From positions 32,945 through 64,944 of the forward strand of contig CAYZRF010000010.1 in assembly GCA_964480775.1 (NCBI GenBank): 32,000 nucleotides of DNA, written 5' to 3'. The notes under the pieces were generated by a model. It had not been told where the DNA came from, made no database searches, and worked only from the letters and a program-made list of their open reading frames with translations. This document shows, one piece after another, positions 17,274 through 25,636 of this stretch (positions within the stretch are counted from its first letter, which is position 1; every line of letters starts with the position of its first letter). A program made the translations under genes and the position numbers. Origin of the DNA: an uncultured Nitrososphaerota archaeon (GTDB taxonomy: Archaea; Korarchaeota; Korarchaeia; Korarchaeales; Korarchaeaceae).

Positions 17274-18212
17274 GTGCTCGAAGCTGCAGAACAAATCCCT
17301 AAAGGAAAAGTAACTACTTTTGGTGAGGTTGCAAAAGCTCTTGGAGACGTAAGAGCTGCAAAAGCCGTATCGATTAGCGTTTTTAGAACTGTAAAGAAAA
17401 ATGGGGGGCCTTGGCATCGCTTTGTAACTTCTGATGGCTCGTTGGGCATAATGGCCGAACAAAAAAGTAAATTACTGCTGGCTGAGGGAATTTCCATTAG
17501 GAACAATAGAATTTGCAATGTAGACAAGTTATTGGTTAGAGCCGAGGAAATTGACGTACTTCCAATCTTACTTAGGATGCGGCTCGCTCAGAAAAGGCTT
17601 AGAGAGAAGGTTCTCCTTGAAGACTCCTTGAAAGAAGCAGAGCTGGCTGCTGGAGTAGATGTGGCCTATGACATACAACAGGGGTTTGAGGTAGGATATG
17701 CTGCCTGTGTAATTGTGGATTCGAAGCTGACTACTGTTGAGATCAGGACTGTAAGAATGATGGTCATGTTCCCATACATTCCAACATACCTAGCATTCAG
17801 AGAAATGCCATTTATTGCTGCTTCAACGAGGGGAATGGAGTTTGATGTACTTCTCCTAGACGGACACGGAATAGCTCATCCGGAGAGAATTGGAGAGGCT
17901 TGTCATGCTGGATTAGCTCTCGGCAGACCATCCATAGGGATAGCAAAGTCTATCTTGGTGGGAAAAGTTGTTGATAGCTCTATTCTACATGAGGGAGAAA
18001 GAGTTGGTTATGTAATTAGAAAAGATGGGCGAAGCCATGTATTTGTATCTCCTGGACATTTAGTCTCTCTTAAAAAATCGAAGGAATTAGCAGAGAAATT
18101 CTGGGGAAAATTCAGACAACCTAAACCTTTGATTATAGCTCACAAGGTAGCGAAAAAGTTAAAGCAAGGAGACATATCACCAAAAATCGATCTCCTTCGT
18201 AAGGGTGGTTAA
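17274..18212 (+). CDS. nfi: Fusion of an alkyltransferase-like (ATL, inactive AGT-type) domain and endonuclease V
   Basis: The N-terminal ~85 aa (IPKGKVTTFGEVAKALGDVRAAKAV...GGPWHRFV...LLLAEGI) form an AGT DNA-binding domain, with Trp (tgg, 17412-17414) in place of the PCHR cysteine. The C-terminal ~220 aa carry EndoV motifs: GVDVAY, FPYIPTYLAFRE and LLLDGHGIAHPERIGEACHAGL...IGIAKS. GTG start. The in-frame upstream codons (17250-17273, TPTIFDRL) also look domain-like. Confidence 0.85.
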   Translation: MLEAAEQIPKGKVTTFGEVAKALGDVRAAKAVSISVFRTVKKNGGPWHRFVTSDGSLGIMAEQKSKLLLAEGISIRNNRICNVDKLLVRAEEIDVLPILLRMRLAQKRLREKVLLEDSLKEAELAAGVDVAYDIQQGFEVGYAACVIVDSKLTTVEIRTVRMMVMFPYIPTYLAFREMPFIAASTRGMEFDVLLLDGHGIAHPERIGEACHAGLALGRPSIGIAKSILVGKVVDSSILHEGERVGYVIRKDGRSHVFVSPGHLVSLKKSKELAEKFWGKFRQPKPLIIAHKVAKKLKQGDISPKIDLLRKGG

Positions 18213-18497
18213 ATGGGAGAAAAAGTGAGAGCACACGTATTTGTTTCAGGGATAGTTCAAGGAGTATTTTTCAGAGCTAACACTAAGAGAGTAGCAGATC
18301 AACTTGGAGTGAAGGGATGGGTCAGGAATCTTCTGGATGGCAGAGTAGAAGCAGTTTTTGAGGGAGATAAAAGGGCGGTAGATGAGATAATTGAGTGGTG
18401 TAGATCTGGTCCACCTCTCGCAAGGGTTGAGCATGTTGAGGTACGTTGGGAACCCTACAGGGGAGAATTTAAGGATTTCAGAATAAAATATGGCTAA
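18213..18497 (+). CDS. acyP: Acylphosphatase
   Basis: 94 aa. VSGIVQGVFFRANTKRVADQLGVKGWVRNLLDGRVEAVFEG is the canonical acylphosphatase signature. The ATG directly abuts the upstream stop. Confidence 0.9.
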   Translation: MGEKVRAHVFVSGIVQGVFFRANTKRVADQLGVKGWVRNLLDGRVEAVFEGDKRAVDEIIEWCRSGPPLARVEHVEVRWEPYRGEFKDFRIKYG

Positions 18498-18547
18498 ATT
18501 TCACAACGCGGCTTTTGAGCTAAAGTTTATAATGCTACCTGCTAAGA

Positions 18548-19663
18548 TTGGGCAGGGCTAAGATAAGCAGAGAATTGCCGGGTGACTGTGATCTAGAGAG
18601 GTTAATCGAGCAAAATAATGTAGATACTGAATCTGTAAATAGAGTATCTTTAAGCAATGGGGCTGAAGATATTGTCCTCTACAAGATAAGGGATGAGCCT
18701 TATTTTGACGATTTTTTGGAGACTTACATCGTTGACACGCCCGAGGCTAGGGAAATAGCTGCATATCAGCATATCGTAGGCAGTGAACTGGCGTCAAAAT
18801 GCCTAATCTGTGCACGTAAGGTCCTTAGACCTATTATTGAACTTACTTCCATTAGTAAAGAGAATGTGAGTAGAATTGTACATTTACATGTTCTCAGGGC
18901 AGCCCCGGGCTACCATTTGCACACCGTCCTTGAGGAAGTTTTTGGTAAGATAAGACAAGCATATGTAAGGCCAAAATACGTTAAAGTTTCGTATAGAGAC
19001 CACACAGGCCCTGAATCAATGGATTTAATGGTTGATTATAAGGAGTTCAGCTCTGTTCCAGCAAAAGAGGAGATCATAGTCGTTAAGCCAGACACAGAGG
19101 CGACAGGTAGAACAGCAGAGGTATCCCTCAAATCTTTCTTTGAGAGATGTGAGGAAATAGATACAAGAATAAGAGAGCTGGTACTTTACGGGTTTATCTC
19201 AGCAAAAGGTCTCTTAAGGATAAAGAAGACTGCCTCTTCCCTTGGTATTGAGAAAATAATTGCCTTTGCTCTAGTAGACCTAACTGCTCTAGCCCACAAT
19301 AACTATGATATGGTGTTGTATGGAGTTGACGAAAGCCTCTGGAAGGAGAAGAAACAGCTAAGTAGGCTCGGAAGTATTGTTTCTAAAGATACTTTAAGAT
19401 CGATGGCTCCTATTTATGTTCCAGGATTAGATCAGCCAGGAGATTTTTCAGAAAGGCAAGAAAAGCTTTGGGATGGGAAAAAATGGAGTAAAGGAGATGT
19501 ACTCGGTCATCTGAAAAAGACAATAGATCTAATTAACTCTATTAAGGCAATTCCTGGAGCTTTAGAACCTTGGCAGGAAGAGATTGCTGACAAGCAATTA
19601 GAAATGCTTTATATGAAGATGAATGAACTTTCCCTCAAAGGGGATTTTCATGATACTGTCTGA
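18548..19663 (+). CDS. Divergent uracil phosphoribosyltransferase-like (type I PRTase fold) protein with N- and C-terminal extensions
   Basis: Segments line up with UPRTase: HVLRAAPGY vs ILRAGLGM, IIVVKPDTEATGRT vs ALIVDPMLATGGS, and IYVPGLDQPGDFSER vs YIIPGLGDAGDKIFG. The start is uncertain (TTG 18548 or TTG 18575). A TATA-like TTTATAAT lies at 18524-18531. The 3' end overlaps dcd by 14 nt. Confidence 0.5.
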   Translation: MGRAKISRELPGDCDLERLIEQNNVDTESVNRVSLSNGAEDIVLYKIRDEPYFDDFLETYIVDTPEAREIAAYQHIVGSELASKCLICARKVLRPIIELTSISKENVSRIVHLHVLRAAPGYHLHTVLEEVFGKIRQAYVRPKYVKVSYRDHTGPESMDLMVDYKEFSSVPAKEEIIVVKPDTEATGRTAEVSLKSFFERCEEIDTRIRELVLYGFISAKGLLRIKKTASSLGIEKIIAFALVDLTALAHNNYDMVLYGVDESLWKEKKQLSRLGSIVSKDTLRSMAPIYVPGLDQPGDFSERQEKLWDGKKWSKGDVLGHLKKTIDLINSIKAIPGALEPWQEEIADKQLEMLYMKMNELSLKGDFHDTV

Positions 19664-20207
19664 TCGAGACATACTTTCTGCTATGGAAAGAGGCGAAATC
19701 AAGATTGTTCCGTTTAATATGAACATGTTAGGTCCCTGCTCTGTTGATTTAACGCTTTCCAGCAGGTTTAGGTTGTTTAAACCTGGAACAATAGTTGATC
19801 CAGAGTCTCTTGAGAGCGTTGATAGAGGAGCAGAGCTTATAGATACCAAAGGAAATCCCTTTCTCATCTCTCCGGGCCAATTCGTGTTAGGGCGTACCAG
19901 AGAGAAGATCGCTATCTCAAAGAATTTGGCGGCTGTTTTAGAAGGAAGGAGCAGTATTGCTAGACTTGGAGTTATCGTTCACGCTGCTGGGTTAGTCAAT
20001 CCAGGATCTGGCCTTAAGAAACCGGTTCCAATGATTTTAGAAATCTTCTGTGAGAATACGTCCCCTGTCAAACTCTATCCAGGAATGAAGATCGTTCAAA
20101 TCCTGTTTCACAAGCTGACATCGCCAGCGAGAGTTGGTTATGACGAAAGAGATACCTCTCTATTTGTAGAGCAAAGGGAGCCTGGCTTGTTGTGCGACAA
20201 GGGGTGA
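19650..20207 (+). CDS. dcd: dCTP deaminase (dUTPase superfamily)
   Basis: MILSDRDILSAMERGEIKIVPF, EGRSSIARLGV and the ILEIFCENTSPVKLYPGMKIVQILF motifs are present. I chose the ATG at 19650 rather than the track start at 19623, because family N-termini begin MILSD. Confidence 0.9.
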   Translation: MILSDRDILSAMERGEIKIVPFNMNMLGPCSVDLTLSSRFRLFKPGTIVDPESLESVDRGAELIDTKGNPFLISPGQFVLGRTREKIAISKNLAAVLEGRSSIARLGVIVHAAGLVNPGSGLKKPVPMILEIFCENTSPVKLYPGMKIVQILFHKLTSPARVGYDERDTSLFVEQREPGLLCDKG

Positions 20208-20211
20208 TCAT

Positions 20212-21051
20212 ATGGTTTTTAGGGATGAGGAGGGAAGATTTCATCATATAGGAGCTAAAGCAGGTGAAGTAAATCCTTACGTGCTTCTTCCCGGTTCTAG
20301 AGTCAGGGTTAGAAAGATAGCTGAGAGGTTCGAGTCCAAGAGAGTTGTTTGGGATGGCAGGTTTTTGATGATAAACGGGTTTTATGAAGGAAAACCGGTT
20401 ACGGCTATAGACACAGGAATAGGCCCTTCTTCAGCAGCAATTGTTGTGAGAGAAGTTATTGAGGGCATAGATTTCAACAAACATGAGAATGCAGTCCTTT
20501 TGAGGGTTGGAACCTCCGGTAGCCTTCAGCGATTCGTCAAACCAGGAGATTTAGTTGTTACTACAGGTGCGGTAGCTGAAGAAAGGGTTTCTGAGAGAAT
20601 AGTTGGCTCAAAATATCCGCTGTGTGCCGATCCAGATGTAGTAATCGCGTTGGTTAGGGCTGCTGAGAAAAACGGATACGAACTTGGTAAAAACCTGCAT
20701 GTAGGTGTTACACACGCCAAGGAAGCTTTGTATGAGATAGAGGATCCCTCTTTCTCTGCATTTCCTAAGAGAGCTCAAGAGAACTTGAAACTCCTCGAAA
20801 AGCTCGGAGTTCTCTGTACTGAGATGGAATTCTCCATTATTTCGGCCTTAGCGACTAGCTATAATGCTAGGTGGATTTGTAAGGGAGAGAGGAAGAGGAT
20901 ATACGTTGGTGGGGTTTTCTTAGTCCTCTCGCCTCCAAAGGGGGTAGAAGAAGGCATTGAATTCTTAAAACCCTCTCAGGAAGGCTTGATAAAGACCGCA
21001 TTAGATGCTTTGTTGGAGATGGAATTTCGCTTTCCTAGGGTGATAGTATGA
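20212..21051 (+). CDS. Nucleoside phosphorylase, PNP/UDP family 1 (uridine phosphorylase-like)
   Basis: HIGAKAGEV...VLLPGSRVRVRKIAE, TGIGPSSAAIVVREVIE, RVGTSGSL and the EMEF motifs are typical of the hexameric NP-I family. Confidence 0.8.
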   Translation: MVFRDEEGRFHHIGAKAGEVNPYVLLPGSRVRVRKIAERFESKRVVWDGRFLMINGFYEGKPVTAIDTGIGPSSAAIVVREVIEGIDFNKHENAVLLRVGTSGSLQRFVKPGDLVVTTGAVAEERVSERIVGSKYPLCADPDVVIALVRAAEKNGYELGKNLHVGVTHAKEALYEIEDPSFSAFPKRAQENLKLLEKLGVLCTEMEFSIISALATSYNARWICKGERKRIYVGGVFLVLSPPKGVEEGIEFLKPSQEGLIKTALDALLEMEFRFPRVIV

Positions 21052-21341
21052 GGGTATCGAACATATATGGCATGTATGTACTTACATCGGATGGAGAAAA
21101 AATTGGAGAGGTTCTGGACATTCAGGTTGACACCGGTTCTTGGAAACTGACAAAACTTGTCCTAAAACCTTCTGACAAGATCGCCAAAGAATTTGGGTTG
21201 AAAAAGAGGTTTAGAGGTTCTAAACCCGTAGAAATGGAAGTCAATGTCATTAAGTCTATTCAAGATGTTATTATGCTTTCTCTTGACTCAAAAGAGTTCA
21301 GGAAAATGTTGAAGAGGCAGTTCCTCGGTGAAACCAGCTAG
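21048..21341 (+). CDS. PRC-barrel domain protein
   Basis: 97 aa. IYGMYVLTSDGEKIGEVLDIQVDTGSWKLTKLVL is a PRC-barrel pattern. The start overlaps the upstream stop by 4 nt. Confidence 0.65.
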   Translation: MRVSNIYGMYVLTSDGEKIGEVLDIQVDTGSWKLTKLVLKPSDKIAKEFGLKKRFRGSKPVEMEVNVIKSIQDVIMLSLDSKEFRKMLKRQFLGETS

Positions 21342-22011
21342 GTCCAGCTCTCATAGAAGAAAGTATGCTGGGAAGCTCCGCTATTGAACTCACAGATTTT
21401 ACAGATGTTACCTCAGGAACCGTCTTTTCGCTCAACCAGATACCGACGAATCCATTCGCTTGAACAGTGATTACCCTCTCTAGGTAAATGTCTACATAGG
21501 CTATTCCACTTCTCTTGATTCGGTTCATCTTGGCTATGGAGTCAAGGGCCTTTAACTCGTTTGACCTGCCTTTCAAACAAATTATAGAATCTAAAAGTTC
21601 AAACAAGCCTGTTTTCTCCAGTAATGATCTTACAAGCATCTTTCCAGCATCTTCTGATGAAATAGCTGCTGTTCTAAATCCAATGAGCCTCAATTTTTTC
21701 AAAGTCTCAGGTGCGCCCGGAACAGGTCTCGATAGCTGAAGTCTCCTTGCCCAGAAAACCCTTTTCATCTCCTTTAGCTTTTCCTCATCAAGCTCTATTC
21801 CCTTTGATCCAAAGAACTCCTTCCACCAAACCTCTCTCTCAAATTCATCTGATATCTGTTTAAGCTGCTCCACAATCATCAAGTCTTTAAGGGTGTTTTG
21901 ATCGTTAGGAAGGTTTGTCTCAGTTAACATTCTTTTGTAAGCTTCTCTAATCGAGTTATCGCTCTCCAGAAGAGTTCTGAATAAGTTAAACACAACTACC
22001 TTAACTGCCAT
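21298..22011 (-). CDS. HAD-superfamily-like protein lacking the catalytic aspartates (probable pseudoenzyme)
   Basis: HAD subfamily IA-like layout: motif II AAISS, then a Lys-containing region, and a degenerate motif IV YVDIYLERV. Motif I reads VVVFNLFRTLL instead of hhhFDxDGTL or FDxYGTL. The 3' end overlaps the convergent PRC-barrel gene by 44 nt. Confidence 0.6.
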   Translation of the reverse strand: MAVKVVVFNLFRTLLESDNSIREAYKRMLTETNLPNDQNTLKDLMIVEQLKQISDEFEREVWWKEFFGSKGIELDEEKLKEMKRVFWARRLQLSRPVPGAPETLKKLRLIGFRTAAISSEDAGKMLVRSLLEKTGLFELLDSIICLKGRSNELKALDSIAKMNRIKRSGIAYVDIYLERVITVQANGFVGIWLSEKTVPEVTSVKSVSSIAELPSILSSMRAGPSWFHRGTASSTFS

Positions 22012-22080
22012 GGATAATCCCTCTATACGGTCAGCATTACCTGAATTTTCCCCGTCTACAACGTCTTCATTGGCGAGTAA

Positions 22081-23343
22081 TTAAATTATGGACTCTATTT
22101 CCTTCAACTTATTTACGAAGATGTCTATTTCAGATGTGGTATTGTAAATATAGAAGCTAACTCTAGCGGTACCACCATGGATTCCCATTGCATCATGCAA
22201 TGGTTCAGCGCAATGATAGCCGCTCCTTATGGCTATTCCACTTTGATCCATGATCATAGCGACGTCATGGGGACTCATTTCTTCCAAATTAAAGGAGATA
22301 ACCCCTCCTCTCATCCTAGGATCGGAGGGACCATAAATTTTGATTTTTTCCAGTTCACCCATCCTTTTCAGCGCATAGGATACGAGTTCTTCCTCGTATC
22401 TCCTAACCTCGTCCATTCCTATCGATGAGAGGTAGTCAACAGCAGCTCCTAGCCCAATGCCCCCCTCTATATTGGGAGTTCCGGCTTCAAATTTCCATGG
22501 GAGAACATTCCAGTCTATCTTGCATTTCTTTGTGGAGGTGTCAAAGCGGACCTTACTTATCATTCCTCCTCCTCCGAGAAATGGGCTCATGGACTCCAAA
22601 ATTTCCTTTTTAGCGTAAAGAACTCCTATACCACTTGGACCAAGCATCTTATGGCCTGAAAAAGCAAGAAAATCGCAATCCAGTTCCTTCACGCTAACTG
22701 GCATGTGAGGCACCGATTGAGCGCCATCAACCAATACTAGGGCTCCAACCTCATGAGCTAGCCTACAGATTTTCCTGACATCATTTATGGTTCCGAGAAC
22801 ATTCGATACGTGAACCACAGTAACTAATTTCGTTCTTTGGGATAGCTTCTCCTCGAACTCGGGGTAATTTAGGACTCCATCTTTTGTAATTCCAATGTAT
22901 TTTACATGAATATCTTTTAACTGTGAGAGCAATTCCCAAGGAACTATATTGCTGTGGTGTTCCATTAATGTTGTTAGGATCTCATCACCAGGTTTTAGCT
23001 GACGCAATGCCCAAGAGTAGGCCACTAAGTTAATGGCTTCGGTGGTATTCCTTACAAATAAGATCTCTTCTAGGTCATTCGCTGATATGAACCTAGCTAC
23101 CTTAGTATGAGCTTCTTCATAAGCTTCTGATGCCTCTTGACTTAAAGTGTGAACTCCCCTGTGTATGTTCGCATAATGATTTTCGTAGAATGTAGTGATG
23201 GCCTCAATAACCTGTTTTGGCTTCTGACTACTCGCAGCGTTATCCAAATAGATTAGAGGATGCCCGTTTACTTTTCTTTTCAGAATAGGAAAGTCTTCTC
23301 TTATCTTTAAAGGGTCGATTGGCATGAAACATCGGTTATTCAA
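22081..23343 (-). CDS. sufS: Cysteine desulfurase, class V aminotransferase (SufS/CsdA type)
   Basis: IREDFPIL, YLDNAASSQKP, HKMLGPSGIGVLY (PLP lysine) and RSGYHCAEP (catalytic Cys loop) are present. The start is either TTG 23343 or, more likely, ATG 23325 (MPIDPLK). Confidence 0.9.
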   Translation of the reverse strand: MNNRCFMPIDPLKIREDFPILKRKVNGHPLIYLDNAASSQKPKQVIEAITTFYENHYANIHRGVHTLSQEASEAYEEAHTKVARFISANDLEEILFVRNTTEAINLVAYSWALRQLKPGDEILTTLMEHHSNIVPWELLSQLKDIHVKYIGITKDGVLNYPEFEEKLSQRTKLVTVVHVSNVLGTINDVRKICRLAHEVGALVLVDGAQSVPHMPVSVKELDCDFLAFSGHKMLGPSGIGVLYAKKEILESMSPFLGGGGMISKVRFDTSTKKCKIDWNVLPWKFEAGTPNIEGGIGLGAAVDYLSSIGMDEVRRYEEELVSYALKRMGELEKIKIYGPSDPRMRGGVISFNLEEMSPHDVAMIMDQSGIAIRSGYHCAEPLHDAMGIHGGTARVSFYIYNTTSEIDIFVNKLKEIESII

Positions 23344-23398
23344 TAACTTAAGTAATAAAAAACGTTATAAGAAGAATCATTTTTGAGGAAGGGATAAA

Positions 23399-24298
23399 AT
23401 GAAAAAGAGCCTAAAAGCCTGGTTTGCCGTAGCAAGAGTAAATTTCCTACCCCTGTCAATCATTTTAGTGTTCTTAGGGACAGCAATAGCTTTCTGTGAT
23501 GGTTTTCTAAACATTCCTCGTGCAATTCTAGCGCTAGTTGGTTTAGTACTCTTGCATATGAGTGTAAACGTGTTTAACGAATACTTCGACTATGAAAGCG
23601 GCCTTGACTTTAAGACAGCAAAAACTCCATTTAGTGGTGGAAGCGGTACTCTACCGGCTGGTCTTTTAGATCCAAAGAAGGTGTATATTTTTGGTATTGT
23701 ATGCTTTTTGTTAGGCGCTAGCATAGGAGCAATCTTCTTGCTAATCACCAAACTACTTCTAGTTCCCATAATTGTTTTAGGAGCGATTTTCATTCTGTTT
23801 TACACCACCCACCTTGCTAAGTGGTTGCTAGGAGAGCTGGCTGCAGGAATGGGCATGGGCTTACTACCAGTACTTGGTTCATATGTGGTCCAGGCAGAAT
23901 CTTACTCTTTGAAAGCGCTTATAGCATCGGTTCCATCTGGAATCTTAGTGTTTAATCTGCTTTTTCTCAATGAATTTCCTGATCTAGAGGCAGATAGAGA
24001 AGTTGGAAGGAAAAACTTGGTGATCTTGCTTGGGAGAAGAAAGGCTAGGTGGGTCTATTCTTTTCTAACTATTCTCACATACTTGTGGATTGTTTTTGCA
24101 AGCCTCTTTGGCTTTATGCCCTTACCCTCCCTACTCGGTCTGCTTACAGTGCCGATGGGATTCAAAGCGATTAAAATCACAATTGAGAATTATGATGAAA
24201 GGGATAAGCTAATCCCTGCGCTCGGGGCAAACGTCGTGGTGGTTTTGGTAACTCAGCTGCTTCTGGGAATAGGGTATTTGATCGGAGCTTTGTTATGA
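23399..24298 (+). CDS. UbiA-family aromatic prenyltransferase (MenA-like)
   Basis: About 8-9 TM helices. The first Asp-rich motif is NVFNEYFDYESGLD and the second is NEFPDLEADRE. This matches the MenA/UbiA pattern. Confidence 0.8.
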   Translation: MKKSLKAWFAVARVNFLPLSIILVFLGTAIAFCDGFLNIPRAILALVGLVLLHMSVNVFNEYFDYESGLDFKTAKTPFSGGSGTLPAGLLDPKKVYIFGIVCFLLGASIGAIFLLITKLLLVPIIVLGAIFILFYTTHLAKWLLGELAAGMGMGLLPVLGSYVVQAESYSLKALIASVPSGILVFNLLFLNEFPDLEADREVGRKNLVILLGRRKARWVYSFLTILTYLWIVFASLFGFMPLPSLLGLLTVPMGFKAIKITIENYDERDKLIPALGANVVVVLVTQLLLGIGYLIGALL

Positions 24299-24364
24299 AA
24301 ATGGCAAAAATTGAATGAAACAGGCATTTAGAACTCAAAAAGATCATAGAATCTCTTGAAAGGA

Positions 24365-25414
24365 TCAGGTTGTAAGTTGCTTATCCAGCAAAGCACTCAG
24401 GTTTCTGGAGAACTTCCTAAGTGCTTCTATGCCTTTAATCTCATAGGATTGTATCGGGACCACTATCACTTCCATGCTGGATCCGTACGTCTCCTTCAAC
24501 ATGTTAACGTATTTATTGTGTATTTTCACCTTTTTCATCCATATATCGCAATTGCACACATCTTCCACCGCCACTTGATTTATTATTAGACCTGGAACCC
24601 TTACATTGAACTCTCTTAATTCACTGAGAATTCTTCTTGTCTGAGAGAAGCCGAGCCACTCTGGTATGGCTACAAGATATATCGAGAACACAGGGGAAGA
24701 TATTAGCTCAAGGACATCTTCTGCTAATTTCCTCCAGTCTCCTATTATCTTTAAAGGATCCTTACCTTCAGCTCTCCTTATTTTATCCAGTGTTGACTTC
24801 AGGGATAAATAGAGTTTAGAAGCTTCTCCTAGATGCTTGTAAAACTTCTCTTCTATCCTTAGAAGCCTGAGAGAGCCTCCAGCGGGGGCTGCGTCCCAAA
24901 TAATGTAATCGTACTTACCTGAAGTGTAGAGGTCCAAGATGTAGGCCAGCATGAATTCATCCGATATTCCTGGTGCTCCAGCTATGTAATCTAGGATGTC
25001 TTTTTCCACAGGAAAGAATGATGAAACAACTTTGTAGACCTCGTCACCAAATCTCTGCTTCCACATGTTTAAAACGGCTTCTTCATTTAGCTCAATTGCT
25101 TCCAATCCAGGAGCCAATTTCTTTGCCGTTGTACCTATCTCTTCGTCGAATATATCTGAGAGAGAGGGTGTTGGATCGCTTGTTAATATAAGAACCTTGT
25201 AACCCTTTGAAGCGAAGTAAATTGAAGCAGATGCCGCGCATGTTGTTTTTCCAACCCCACCTTTTCCCCAGAAAGAAAGTATTTTGGTCTTTCTGTTGCT
25301 TATTTTTATCACCGTCCCTAGGTCAAATCTCAAGTAATATTTAGTATTTTTCTTCTTTTGAAAGCCCATCAAGGTTAACCTATTCTTGGGATCGATAGAG
25401 CGTAATAAGGGCAT
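24365..25414 (-). CDS. ArsA/Get3-family P-loop ATPase
   Basis: Deviant Walker A FWGKGGVGKTTCAAS and LTSDPTPSL are present. The switch II-like motif is DAAPAGGSLRLL, whereas the family consensus is DTAPTGHTLRLL. A TATA-like box lies about 40 nt upstream of the ATG. Confidence 0.8.
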   Translation of the reverse strand: MPLLRSIDPKNRLTLMGFQKKKNTKYYLRFDLGTVIKISNRKTKILSFWGKGGVGKTTCAASASIYFASKGYKVLILTSDPTPSLSDIFDEEIGTTAKKLAPGLEAIELNEEAVLNMWKQRFGDEVYKVVSSFFPVEKDILDYIAGAPGISDEFMLAYILDLYTSGKYDYIIWDAAPAGGSLRLLRIEEKFYKHLGEASKLYLSLKSTLDKIRRAEGKDPLKIIGDWRKLAEDVLELISSPVFSIYLVAIPEWLGFSQTRRILSELREFNVRVPGLIINQVAVEDVCNCDIWMKKVKIHNKYVNMLKETYGSSMEVIVVPIQSYEIKGIEALRKFSRNLSALLDKQLTT

Positions 25415-25450
25415 TGATAATGCGAAAGCGGGGTTTAGAAGCTACTCTGA

Positions 25451-25458
25451 TTATATAT
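25451..25458 (-). promoter_or_regulatory. TATA box (ATATATAA on the minus strand) for the ArsA-like gene
   Basis: It is centred about 40 nt upstream of the ATG at 25414. Confidence 0.4.
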
Positions 25459-25622
25459 GAGGATCGCAGAGGCTTGATCCAAATCCCTCCCGAGTAAGAT
25501 CTCCGAAGAGATGATTCGTCTGCCTTTTGGTGTTCTGTTACAAAGTTAATGAGTTACGTATCATGTTTGTTGGTTTTCTTTTATAGAAAAGATCTTGTCA
25601 TTTAAGAACGCTTAGAAAGACT

Positions 25623-25636
25623 AAAAGTATAAATAT
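25623..25636 (+). promoter_or_regulatory. BRE/TATA (AAAAGTATAAATAT) for hypA-hypB
   Basis: TATAAATA at 25628-25635 lies about 30-37 nt upstream of the TTG start at 25665, implying a leader of only a few nt. Confidence 0.5.

Noticed and set aside
18213-18497. Link between the stand-alone acylphosphatase and hydrogenase maturation (HypF has an acylphosphatase-like domain)
   Set aside because: The gene lies 7 kb from the hyp island, separated by unrelated operons, and is a complete canonical AcyP. Nothing in the sequence supports a connection.
24356-25191. Plus-strand ORFs 24356-24589, 24637-24819 and 24973-25191
   Set aside because: They are antisense to the well-supported ArsA/Get3-like gene, and their translations have no recognisable motifs.
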